A stretch of 64,000 bases of DNA, from the NCBI GenBank assembly GCA_002633005.1, contig NMRA01000179.1, positions 581,247 through 645,246 on the forward strand, in the 5' to 3' direction. Shown here piece after piece: positions 37,886 to 49,647 of the stretch (position 1 is the stretch's first letter; every line of letters begins with the position of its first letter). Origin of the DNA: Phoronis australis (Eukaryota; Animalia; Phoronida). Position numbers and translations under genes: made by a program. Under the pieces are notes generated by a model, which was not told where the DNA came from, did not search any database, and saw only the letters and a program-made list of their open reading frames with translations.

Positions 37886-40800
37886 ACTTAGGAACTAGCT
37901 TACAATGACAGGAAGACATTTTCAAAGCGAAACATTGTACAAATAGATATTTGGGCGAAAACCAAGTGTCCACTAGCTTGATTGTGAAAATCTATAGTGT
38001 CTGGACCTGTTGCTCGCCGGTTGTGAGGCTGTAAGAAACGATTTCCAGGTGGAAATAAGTGGCAATTTCCAATTAGATAATCCGAAAGAGCAACACAGCG
38101 ACAATGGGCCCCAAGTAACCATGCTGTTAGTTACTGGTTCGGTAGTCTCCGACCTGTAGAATCAAACCCTGCAGCTGTTACACTGACAGGTCGAAACTAA
38201 AACGTCCACTAAAGCAACGTTGATGCCAATAGGTCGCATGCATCGCGTCGTCTAAGCTCATTTGTAGAAGTTGGCCAATTAAGAACAATTTCCATTAGCA
38301 TTATTAATCACCGCAATTATGTGTTACTTAATTTAGATAATTGTTATCCGTGGTGAGGCAAATGCGTCAGTCGAAAACATTTGCAACTTATATATATATA
38401 TCATGTAATTACAAAAGGTGCAAATGAGCTTGATTGACGGATATACATACGTGATTTACTAATCAAAGTGAGATAATGTAAATCCCGCTGCCAGGTAAAT
38501 TGACAATTGACATCTTCGCTTGGTTTTCTTAGAATGATCCTCTATATCATAGACCTTGGACAGTAGCGTGCGCCAATTGATTTTAAAAGATAGTATTTCG
38601 TGACCATGAACCAGTTAACGTGCTGAATCGTGGCACATTTTTTCTACTTTTAACACAAAAGCGTCATGATAAGCTTTCGACGACTTGGAAATTCCGGTTA
38701 GACGTTTTAACCAGAGTCATTCATTATTGTCGGTAATGGCAACAAGAGAACTGGGTTTTATGAAGTGGAGACATGAAATCCTGTAACTCTCACACTAAAG
38801 GAAGAATAAAAAGATTGCCAGTTATCAACGGCGTTCTCGGAGCTACTTGATGCTGAAGGCATACATGTACAGTGGGCAGCTTGGAGTCAATACACTTTGT
38901 CCCTATAGAATACATATGAAGGAACAGACATTTCAGAAAGAATACTTGACATACCAGACGCAAGTTTATATAGGCTGCTACCACGAACCCAATGGGAAAC
39001 CCGGCTCCTCCGGACAAACATTGATTCCCTGATTGCCTAGAAGGGTTGAAATTCGTGAGAACAAGAAATTAAAACTTCTGACTTACACTTCGGGCTGTAT
39101 TTACCTTTTGCAAGTCAAAACTCACTGACTTTTTCTGATAATTTCTTTGGGACAACTACAATAGAAGACATCCACGGAATTTCAAATTCCTGGACGAACC
39201 TCTGCCACCAGTTTCATTGATGTGTCCATTTGGAGCTATGTTCTAAAGCCTTTCGGCTTACCTGGGCGGAAGATATTGTTTTTCAAAATTTTGACACAAT
39301 TTCGAACCAAGCTAGTGTTGGATGAGGTACGTTGATTTACTCTGGGGCTGAACGTGTTAATGGTGTTTAGTTGGCTGTAAGCGTTCTGAAGTTCAGCAGC
39401 CAGGCAGTCAGTCCATCTGCCTCCGGTAACACGGAACCAATCTTCAACACTCAATCAGTTGAACGTTGTAGTTTGTTTTTTTCACTAGGTGTATCAGAAC
39501 TGTGTGGATAATACTGGTATACGGGAGGAGCTGAACGGGCTACAAGGCTCTTGAATTCATATTAATATTTTATCCACGATGTTGACACCAACACCGCTGG
39601 TCGTATTAAGGTTTCACGTTTGGCGAATCACCTTGATGTCTTGTTGCTGGAATTCATTGGAAACTTGCTGGTTAGGTCGAAATTGCATAGTTTATTCTGG
39701 TCCGGACTCCAGCTCCTTTTGAAAGTTGGGCTTACAGATCAAAAAACAAAAACGATCCTGACCCAGCAAACTCAGGCAAGGCATCGTGTTTTCATAAGTT
39801 GCACAAAAGCGTGTACCCCGGATAAACATGGATAAGCCAAGTTTGAAACGTCATGGAGTGTTAAACGATGCATAATTACAAGACAAACTTTCACAGGGCT
39901 GAGCTCAGAATGTCCACATAGCTTAGTCTAACCCCGCAAATGGCAACGCAGTGTTTAAAGTAATCACCGTTATGACAGAGCAAAACATTGCACTATCTGG
40001 CGATTTCTGCTCCCTTTTGTTGTTCGTAATAAGTTACCTTATCCCGCTTAATTCCGATTCCTGTCATCCTTTTGTGCTGCCGCAAGTGTTTTTGTCGCCC
40101 TATCTCTTCATTGGTTCGCGCGTGCAGTTCGGGAAAGACTGGAACCCTTACCAGCTACGCCACTGCATCCACCCTGCGTGCTTTGCTTTTGATGTTTTTC
40201 CAAACAGTAAAGGTGTGCTTGCAAATGTAGAATTGAAAACGTTCTGACGGAGCAGAGTCTCCTTAGACAACAACGCACACGTCATCATTGCAGAGGTAGA
40301 GGACATCAAATTCTACGACATCGCCATTGACAGACAATAACAACAAACTGCCGCCACCAACACAGGCAACAACATCAACGAAGACGACAACACTGTATCC
40401 AAACCCTGTGAGGATTTTGCTTTAAAATGGCTAGTTTTGTGTACCCAGCAATTTGCGAATAAGACTACTCAACAGTTTTTATCGAAATGCCTTGTGTTTT
40501 GCGAGTTAAGTTGGCATAAAACCCTAACTATGTAAATAATAAAAATTAATCGTAATGATTTTTGAGACATAACATAAACTTTTCATTTTAAAAATGTTTC
40601 AGTAATATCGGCTCGAGGGTTGTTTTGCCATGAATGCACCATTCTTGCACATGAAACCTTGACTTAAAAACGTACATGTAGTCAAGTGACAATAATAAAG
40701 ACACAATACTAAGAAGCATATTTTTAGAATCGTCGATGTTTCTCCTTGCGGAAAATATTGATATATAGATTATTACATGGCGAAGTCGTTATCTCCCGTT

Positions 40801-40909
40801 ATTTAGAGCCCGAGTGGTTTTTGGGGAATTTTTTGAAATACACGGTGGCTCTAGATAAGGGGGGGGGGACGACTAAGAACAAGTACTAGTCTACTTATTC
40901 CCCATACTG

Positions 40910-42168
40910 AACAATAAACATTGCAATGAAAGCGCTCCGAGGAGCGAAACTTGGCGAAATTAACCAAAAAGATGACGATAAAGATGATGACGAAGATGAC
41001 GAATATGACTACGAAAGTGGCGAGGATGAACAAAAGAAGTAATAATAACATACACATGACGAACGTAGAAGTCCGAAATCATTAAGAAAAAGGCTACAGT
41101 CTTGAGCGACACTTGGCGAAATTTACGGAAAAGACAACGACGGAGATGATGACGAAGATGATGATGGTGGTGGCGATGATGAAAACATCACAACAATCAT
41201 ATGACGAACTGAGATGTCATAAATCAATAAGAAATAGGCTACAGTCTAGTTCAATAGAAGATAAACCAACATCAATGCAGCAAGAGCACTCAACAAAGGA
41301 ACAGCGTTATCAGAAAATCTCAAATAACTCGAAAAGTAGACGTCCTAGCGAAAAATGGAAAACATATTCTGAAAGCCCGTTCACAATTCTATGTAAACTG
41401 ATGGTATCGCCTAATTCCGAAAATTTTCCGAAAAAATGAAATTTTGCGTTTTTTTAAGAAATTCAAAGTCAAATAAATAAAAAACGGTAAATCTGAGAGA
41501 AAATTGTTACAGGCCATTTGAAAGAATTTATTTCAAAAAATCCACATGCAAAAAATCACGTCTTTTTCTCTTCCCGTTTAAAATCACACTCCAGCACAAC
41601 TGAAAATGGGTCAGATCCGCCATCTTGAAAGCAACTTCCGGTTTTTTGGCTTTGTATAATAGCACGTCATAAGAAACTAATACCTGTAAAAATTCGAAGG
41701 AATCGGTCTGATAATGCGCCCTCTACAGGAGAAAACGTTTTTAGGCCAAAATCGAGGTGCGCATGCGCGATCGCCGATATTTCCGCCATCTTTAACCGGA
41801 AGTGAACAATTTCCAGTATACTTATAGCAAACTTCCGTTCCATTTACTGTGCCGATTCTTAGCCTTTTACGTAAAAAATTGTAGCCTCCAGAAGCATTTG
41901 AACCTTTAAATGAAAACAAAATGGCCGCCACAGCCGCCATCTTGGATCCTATTTTGACGAAAAGCAACAGGCTTCCATTACTTCCGAAACTATGTGTTAT
42001 GTGTAAACTTCGTGATAATCGGACGAAAATTGCGACCTGTATCGTGCGAACAATCAAAAAAAACAAACTTAGTGACAGAGCAACATACTTGGCGAAATTT
42101 ATTTCGCCAAATAAAAACAAACTTAGTGGAAGAGCAACATACTTGGCGAATTTTATTTCGCCAAGTAA
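40910..42168 (-). mobile_element. Helentron-associated non-autonomous element (HINE/DINE-1-like)
   Basis: On the minus strand: 5' subTIR plus IR hairpin ACTTGGCGAA...TTCGCCAAGT (42141-42166), core with ccgccatcttg motifs, 3' subTIR (40949-40958), terminal hairpin CGCTCCTCGGAGCG (40933-40946) and a T-rich end. Confidence 0.75.
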
Positions 42169-43241
42169 TGAATCGATCTGCCTTCTCGACTTGCCTCGGC
42201 TTTGGAACCACAATGTACGTTTACTTTCCGTATGTCAGAGTTGTTGGATAAGAGCTAAGTCGTAACCTTTTAATAAACGCCGAGTCACTCTTGTAAAAAT
42301 AATGATTTTACTCAAAACGAATTAATAGTGAATCTATCAAATACGTTTTAAGCTAATAGGCTAGTTTACTTACACGTAATACCTTATCATGCTTAACCTC
42401 CACCGTGAAAACATAATCTGCTAAAGTAGGTAACCAGCGGTTACTGAGTATAATGTCCAAGTCAAAAATTCCTGACGGCATGTTATCCAGGTGGAGAACG
42501 ATGATTTACAAGTGAGAAAAACGACAGATAAATTCTACTGAATTAAAGATGTCGTTTTCATTGAAACTGTACATGTACGTCTGATTTTCAACACTGTGAT
42601 AAATATCGGTACATTGGACTTTGTTGAACATGGCTGTGTTAGGTTCTCATTTAAGTATTCAATTTTCTTGTAAGATGACGTCAGCTGCTAAATAGCAGAG
42701 TGCTTAGGCGACGGCTGTCGTTACACGAAACTTGAGTGAAGCGTGATCGAATCTAGCCCCAGGTTCCCGCCAAAATGCTAATCAACACGTGTTGTTTAAT
42801 GAAATGGGTTAATTAACGTTTCTAATGGCCATGTTAGGCTGATTATGTGGTATAACTACTTTTTATGGTTGACAAAACATGGTTTTTGCGATATTTGATT
42901 TAAGAGCTGAAGTCGTTTATTAAGGTACTAGATATCCTTAAGCGCAATTGTCAATTGCACAGTTATCTTCTAAATGAGGGTGTTTCCTATGTAATTATTC
43001 CACTATTAAAACGTCTAGATGTCTTTTAAAGAGGTTTGTAATGATCAATTCGAAGTTCAGAACGTCATTTTCTATATGGTTACATAGGCGGATTTAGGGG
43101 GGGCCCGCCCCCCCCCCCCCTTGGCTGCCGCAAAAAAAAATAAAATAGTAAGAGCGTAGGGAAATGTTGAGTTTATTTATTAACCCTGGTAATTATACGG
43201 ATGAAAAAAAAATTAAATGTGTGCAGTTTTAGTGTTGGGGG

Positions 43242-43308
43242 NNNNNNNNNNNNNNNNNNNNNNNNNNNNNNNNNNNNNNNNNNNNNNNNNNNNNNNNNNN
43301 NNNNNNNN
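43242..43308. other. Assembly gap (N run)
   Basis: 67 consecutive n characters. Confidence 0.99.
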
Positions 43309-43429
43309 ATTTGTTAAGAATCGATGGCACAAAACGTGTAATAAGCATTACAAAAAGAAGTAGGTTTCGCGCGCAAACGCTGTGGACCATAAACAAGTAG
43401 GTCTCTTAGTATGAGATTAGTAGTTAAAT

Positions 43430-43490
43430 CGTGGTGGTGTAGTGGTAACGCACGCGCGCTCTATGCGCAAGGTCGTGAGTTCGAGTATTT
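43430..43490 (+). pseudogene. tRNA-derived fragment / SINE head
   Basis: TGGTGTAGTGGTAA (A box) and GAGTTCGAGT (B box) at tRNA spacing; no intact acceptor stem. Confidence 0.55.
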
Positions 43491-44541
43491 GGTACTTGCA
43501 GTTTTTCCTGTTTGACACGTTCTCCGTGTTTCTTTTTTTCTTGGATAATACTTCAGGAATCAAGGAAAATACTTGATTTTTAGAGGTAAAAACAGAAAAA
43601 TTTCCTGGGCGGGAGGGGGGGTTTGCCCCTCCCCCATTCGGTGCTATGCGCATCTACAATCGTGGTTCAGTTTGCGCAAATGTTTACAGCCGGACAAAAT
43701 GTTGGGCCCCCCTTGTGATATCCTAGATCCGCCACTGCGTTGAATGAGACTCAGTTCAAAGTTGCTGTCGAACACTCCCTTCAAAAAATACAGTTTTTGG
43801 TATAGACCAGTTACCGTCATGAAATTTGTCTCAAATTGTTCCTTTCTACCTCAGTAAAAACAGGTCCGATTTATGGACTGGACACCATTTTTAGCGTTAA
43901 GACAAGTCTTCACGTACGCGCACGACATACATGTAACGATCAGAAACCTCATCAACAGAGCTATGTGCAGTTATTGATGCATTGTTTTGCATTGCTACGC
44001 CAGGTTTTTATTGCTTCACCTGTTCTCGAGTTTTATTTAAGCTGTAGAAGGAAGCAAAGCTGTGGAGTTGCTGGTCGGTTTTGTAAAACTTTGTCAGTAT
44101 CATTAGCAAATTCATTATTATCATTTTTGTAAACTACTGAAAGAATCTGACTGCGCCTTATTTTTCCAGGACGCGCTCAATAACATCTGTCACTCGCATT
44201 GGAACTCTTATTCGATCTTGCGCTTCGCTTGTTAAAATATCGTAGAAACTTAAATTACCTGAAACTTAAAACTGATGTCCTACTGTAGTTGAAAGCTCCC
44301 TAATGCAGACTAACCTAGCACAGAAGTGCTGTACGCATTGCTTCAGCAGGCGCACCGACTCGCAGCGTAGCTGAAAGATTTTCAATTACCACACTGTGTG
44401 AAAAAATAAGCAGGTGAACGTTGACTGTAGAACAACAGAATCGTACGAAAAGGTTGGAGTGGAGACTTTGTTAGCGAGGCTGCAACTTGCTAACTTGGTT
44501 TACATGTGGGAAATGTGGAATGGAACATTTCCTGAAAAAAA

Positions 44542-44682
44542 CTCCAACTGGGAATCGAACCACAGGTCTCTAAATTGCAGGTCTAGTGCTCTCACTACTG
44601 TGCTACTGAGGTCCTCAGCAGGTCAGTGGTGAGAGCACTAGACCGGCAATTTAGAAACCTGTCGTTTGATTCCCAGTTAGGG
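44542..44682. ncRNA. Head-to-head inverted pair of tRNA-derived (SINE-head-like) sequences
   Basis: Palindrome centred near 44612. Each arm has an A box (TAGCACAGTAG / CAGGTCAGTGG), an anticodon-like stem CTAGA-7nt-TTTAG, a B box (GGTTCGATTCC / CGTTTGATTCC) and a downstream T-run. Confidence 0.7.
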
Positions 44683-45207
44683 TTCCTGATTTTTCTGTGT
44701 ATATTTGATATATTCCATTACTGGCCAACCTCAGCGTCTATATATTTACTGAAAAAAATCCATTTGTATCCTGTACAAGCAACAAAACTACTGTTACAGC
44801 TGATTTGAGCACGAAATACGCTGGGTAAAATTTAAAGCGATATAAATTAGAATGAACCAGTTCATTAATACAAAATAACAGCTGAGCTCCTTTCACCACA
44901 GTGCAACCATAGAAACAAGAAATGTTAATTTACCCTATTTCTACGTTCCACTCTAAAATAAATCAGAACATTCGGCACTTGCGTGAAACGGGTTGTTCTC
45001 TGGAAATTGTCACTGATATGCATGTTTAATAGTATAATCGAAAGTCCTTAATTAATCCGAATGTATTTTTACCCACGGCATGTATTTTTGCTATGGGAAC
45101 GCTGATACAGTCTGGTGTAAATTTGCATTAAGGTGTGTAATACAGCGCCATATGAGGTTATGTGTGTAAACATTTACACAGTGTCACGCGTAGTGCAAAT
45201 GGAAAAT

Positions 45208-45365
45208 CAGTGGCGGATTTAGAGGAAGCCCAAGGGGCCCATGCCCCCCCTTAAAACTCTCTCAGATTCCATTTGGCAGTTTGGGGATGCGAATGTCTGA
45301 CGGGCAAAATCCTGGCTAATACTATGACCTGGCCACCCTAACTCAAAATCCTGGAACCGCTCCTG
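45208..45365. mobile_element. hAT-like MITE, same terminal family
   Basis: CAGTGGCGGATTTAG ... CTGGAACCGCTCCTG with AAAAT on both flanks. Confidence 0.65.
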
Positions 45366-46699
45366 AAAATGGCACGTTTATTATTCATGTGTGGCGCCTT
45401 GTGGACTTCGGAACTTCTAGGCAGCATGGTATCAAGCAATTGACTGTGACTGTGCAACTTTCACGTATTTATTTTGTGAACAGAAAAACTATTGGTGTAT
45501 CAACTCCGGGAAGATTTCCTAAAGTGCGGATACCAAGTACGTGTATGTAACTATCTATTTCCATCGCATGACCTGTCTCCAACGGCTTTCTGACTGGTGT
45601 TTTCTTTGTTTTTAATACGTTTGAACAATTCTTGCCGAAACGAGTAGGCCTGCATAAGAGCATCTGCCATTGGATAATTTTTAAACACACCAACATTCCT
45701 CTTGAAAATGTTCATATTTGTGTTCAGCTGTAGCTAGATCCATTGTACAATATAGTCCCCAGGTCGTACCCTTCTGGAATGCTGGGCCCTCTGCGGGAGC
45801 AACCCAATTTCAAAACTATTATACAGTACAATGTACTAGACTAACCTTTTTACCAGCAAATGTTCTTGTATCGCCTCTTCTCCAAAGATACTATATCCCT
45901 ATAAATCTTTTTCTTCTCCTCGAAACGCATTGAGAGCATACATCGCTTTTGTTTTCCCCTTGCGAATTAAGCGATACACATTTGTAGTAACACACGTGTT
46001 TATAATTTGTGTTTGGTCTAAATTTACGCATGGGTATAAATGTTCCGTATGCAAAGGGGGATTGGGTTGGAGACAAAAATTTCGAAGAAGTCAATTTTCC
46101 CAACCCTGCGTCGTGGCGTGTAAGTCCCAAACGTCACATGTTACATGTACATGTAGCTGATAAACATGGGTGCTCGCAATATGCAGGTGAACTCGCTCAG
46201 ACATCGCTCTAATTTCGGATGTCTTCGGTTCCAGCGTGGAAAATCGATGTTGCTACCCCGAGCGTTGTGCCGAGCCAAAAGTCTCTCCCTCTAACGTCAT
46301 GTCTTGGCCTTCTGTTCTTGATGGCGTGTGTGTGTTTTGCCCCAGGCTTTCAAAGTCAACGTTTGTGATTTATTTCCCGTTGGTTGCAAAAACTCTGGCT
46401 TTTTGCTAAGTGAATATCGGTGTCAGTCGTCGGCCCATAGGCAGCGCTTTTTAAGTTCCCTGTTTACCACTAGATTTTGTGTTTGTTTGTGCTTTAATTA
46501 CCTGTTTTGTAATTTCTTCTAACACTTAGCATAACATGTCAGTCATAATGAGCATACATGCCAGCACCAACACAATGATAGCGTACATGTCGACCTTCAT
46601 CAACGTCAGCACCATCATAAACTGCAGTAGACTTGCATCACGAGATCCTAATTGACGGGAGAGAAAATTCAGTGTTCGAAATTGATACGAACTTCATTT

Positions 46700-46731
46700 C
46701 CCGCGGGCGAAGCCGGGTACCAGATATAGTA
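46700..46731 (+). mobile_element. Helitron-like 3' terminus (a second one lies at about 7715-7736)
   Basis: GC-rich CCCGCGGGCGAAGCCGGG followed by taccagatatagt. The copy at 7721-7736 ends acgggtaccagCTAGt. Confidence 0.45.
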
Positions 46732-48019
46732 ATGCATAAATAGCGCTCAAGTGCAGATTATATCCCATAATTCAACGTTCCAAACTCTTCGACCAATCAT
46801 GTCTTTGTCCGTCAATTTGCTCGGTTATGTTACTAAGTCTTCGAAAATATTCGCCAAACACTCGTCTTCACTCGTGTGATTTTGACTTGGTCGTACGTGA
46901 TCTCGCTTTTGTTGCTATAAACTTAATCTACAGAACTCCAGATCGTATATTTTAAGTATATCTTACAAATCACCACAACTCGGTTTGGTGCCAACTAAAA
47001 CAAGAGGGTTAAGGAATAGAAACGCGTGATTGTATCTTTAAAGTTTCTGGACTATTAAGACAGGTAAACTGTAAATTTCGTACTATAAAAACCAAAACGA
47101 ATTGTGATCTTTAATCGTGGTACAAAATATCCTCAAAGCCGTGTGCCCTGCATAATCCAGCAATAATCAGGAATCAGATTTTTACTGGGACCCTTATTGT
47201 ATTTCCACGGTTGTCGTAAGGTGGTGCACGGACTAAGATCAAAGGTCATGATTAGTTTTCATGTATAAAATACAACAAAAGGTTTAATTTGATTTTTTCA
47301 CCGTATTCGTCAAATCTAAAAACTGTGGATGTATTTGGGGTTTCGTTTACTTCCAAAGATTCTGGCGTGGCTGGAAAATAAAGTCACACTCCTTTGCCTT
47401 TCCTGTGTTTTGCCGGTTCTCGAATCAAAAACAGACGATTTTCAATTTGACGTTAAGGGTTATTAGAATGTTACAGATTACAAAAAATATCAACGAAACT
47501 TGTTCCTCAACATTCCGCAGTTAAGGTAGACCTACGTGTATATTCTGATTATTTTCAACAAATTCCCGTCTTAAGTGTACTCCGTAACAGGCTAACGTTT
47601 GGTCTTAGCTGTGACTACATGTAATTGCGATCTTCAATTTGGTCTTATAAACTTTCACCTCTGTCGTCGTTTTAAAATACCCATAGGCTGACAGACAATA
47701 CTGAAGAGGGGTACACATGCAAATGTGCTGTGTCAAATTTCTCTCCCCCCACCAGCGATTCCAATAGTCGGTGGGCCAGATCTCATAGCGTTCATCCTTG
47801 TGAGTACTTTCGGGGGGCAACCTAGTTTTTTCTGTGTGGCTAGATAATATACCTATAAACCAAATTCCAAAAAGTTCCCACGTCTACGCTTGCACATTTT
47901 TTTTTAAAAAAAGGTGTTTTTGTTGCACAAAATTTGATGCACATTCCTGCCACTTGATGGCGTTTTTCTATTGAATTGACCAATCAGAGAGCCAGATTGT
48001 ATTGTTGTGCTTAGTTACT

Positions 48020-49200
48020 TCAATGTGGCTGCTCCCATGGAGTGTGATGCCTGTATAATTCAAGGTTTATCAAACAGCACAAAATTGTGATGTCAGAGCC
48101 TAAAGAAGCTTAGGAAAGCTTCCTGACGATAGCGGATTGACTGTGGAATTCTGTAGATCAGTAGATCAAAAAGAAGAAGAGGTGTCACAAACGTTTGTGC
48201 AGAAAACAGCTGCATGTCCTGGTAGCCTACACAGTATACTGCTGAGTGCTGTAGACTAGAAGACCAGGGGTCAGACCAAAAAACTGAAAGGACATAGAAC
48301 GGCATAGCAACTTTTCAAAGCACCAACAGTAGTACTAAAGCTGAAGTTGCTGAAAGTGATACAGATGTTATCCAAGATTTCCCAAGAAAATCAATTATAC
48401 TTCCAAAATCTGAAACACCCAATTAACCTGAACAAGATAGGAACATTCTGAAACATGAGTGCATCATTTGTTAGCAGGAAAAGTACATTATGGGCTACAT
48501 TTCAAGAAAGAGAAAGAAGTATNTAAAAAATAGAAAGACAACGATTGTGAAGAGTGACGAATTCACAGTTTTCAGAGATGTTTTTCTACAGTTTTGTTTG
48601 GAGTTCATTGAAACGAAGCTTCTAACACAAGGAGATGTCATTTGCCTTTCAAAACTAAAGCAAGACTGCTGTTCTTCAGAAAGCTGGTGTGCATGAGGTT
48701 ATTTGGACAGGCAATCTTAAGAAATATTGTTGAAGCTATTCACTGTTGTAGTTTGTGCCCGACTAAGAGATAAGAAAGTGAATTGAGGCTAGTGTTCAAT
48801 TATTCACTTGCTCAGGCTGACTCTAATTAACACAGACCATTATAACATATTTTGAATCAAACATTTGCCCAAATAGTGCCCGCCTCCAAACAAGGACTTA
48901 GTGGTTGACCCTTCATTGCCTGCGGGCTAATCACCAGTGTGCAGTGTTGTACCCTCTCTAATCGACCATAGTTGGCCCCTTGGCGGTGGAGCTTTGCAGT
49001 TAATATGTATGGCAATGACCGCATCTCCATTGACAGAACGCTGCAAGTGCAAAAAGAACATGTGTGCTGGGAAACTGAGTTTGCGCTGCAATGCTGGGTC
49101 AAACTGTACAGAAATGTGCAGCTGTAACAACTGTAGTAACATCAGCAACACTGACTGCATAACATTGGATAGTTCTTTGACAAGTAACCCTAAGTAGACC
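48020..49200 (+). mobile_element. Internally deleted, decayed Academ-like DNA transposon ORF
   Basis: C-terminal LHCLRANHQ (H..RA.YQ) and IDHSW..G.L.L, followed by the Cys cluster CKCKKNMC...C...SNCTEMCSCNNCSN (Cys8 finger typical of Academ ORFs). An N-terminal HECIIC-like motif lies near 48452. Many stops. Confidence 0.6.
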
Positions 49201-49647
49201 TCCAACCTTACCCCGTTATTTCCTTTTTTGTATTAAAAAGTTAATTTTATTTGTTAAACCCCACTCATTCCATACAATTTTCATCATTTTTGGCCCGACG
49301 TTATAATGTATATGTTTAAGTTTCGCTTTGGAAATATACATGTATTTGCTTCCAAGTCGGACTTTCGTCTTTTCTAATGGAATTTTAATGAACCAAACCT
49401 GGTTTTCAATAGCTTAAAACATGCAGGAGTATGCATTGAAGATTTATTTTCTTTCCTCCACTGTGACCATTTACCCTTAACTTCACTGCACGCCATTTAT
49501 TTGAAAAAAGGCTCGCTAAAGCTCCTTGCTACTTTTTTAAACTTGGACTAGGAAACTTGTTTCCAGGCAACACACTTTTTAACCAATGGTATCAATGTAA
49601 CCTTGCCAGTCAGAACGATTCTATATTTTCACTTTATCCTGTTTTCT

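Larger units (their letters stand above)
43083..43737. mobile_element. hAT-like MITE (CA..GGCGGATyTA / TAGATCCGCCACTG ends) spanning an assembly gap
   Basis: Inverted termini with G/C-run subterminal motifs; contains the N-run at 43242-43308. Confidence 0.65.

Noticed and set aside
39150-40400. Moderately GC-rich stretch that may be decayed coding sequence
   Set aside because: No recognisable motif or consistent frame in the portions translated.
41677-42265. Several overlapping ORFs up to 178 aa
   Set aside because: They lie within the HINE element and reflect its 54-bp duplication; no domain is recognisable.
44542-44682. Functional tRNA genes
   Set aside because: The acceptor stems are imperfect, position 33 is not U and one B box is mutated; treated as tRNA-derived repeats instead.
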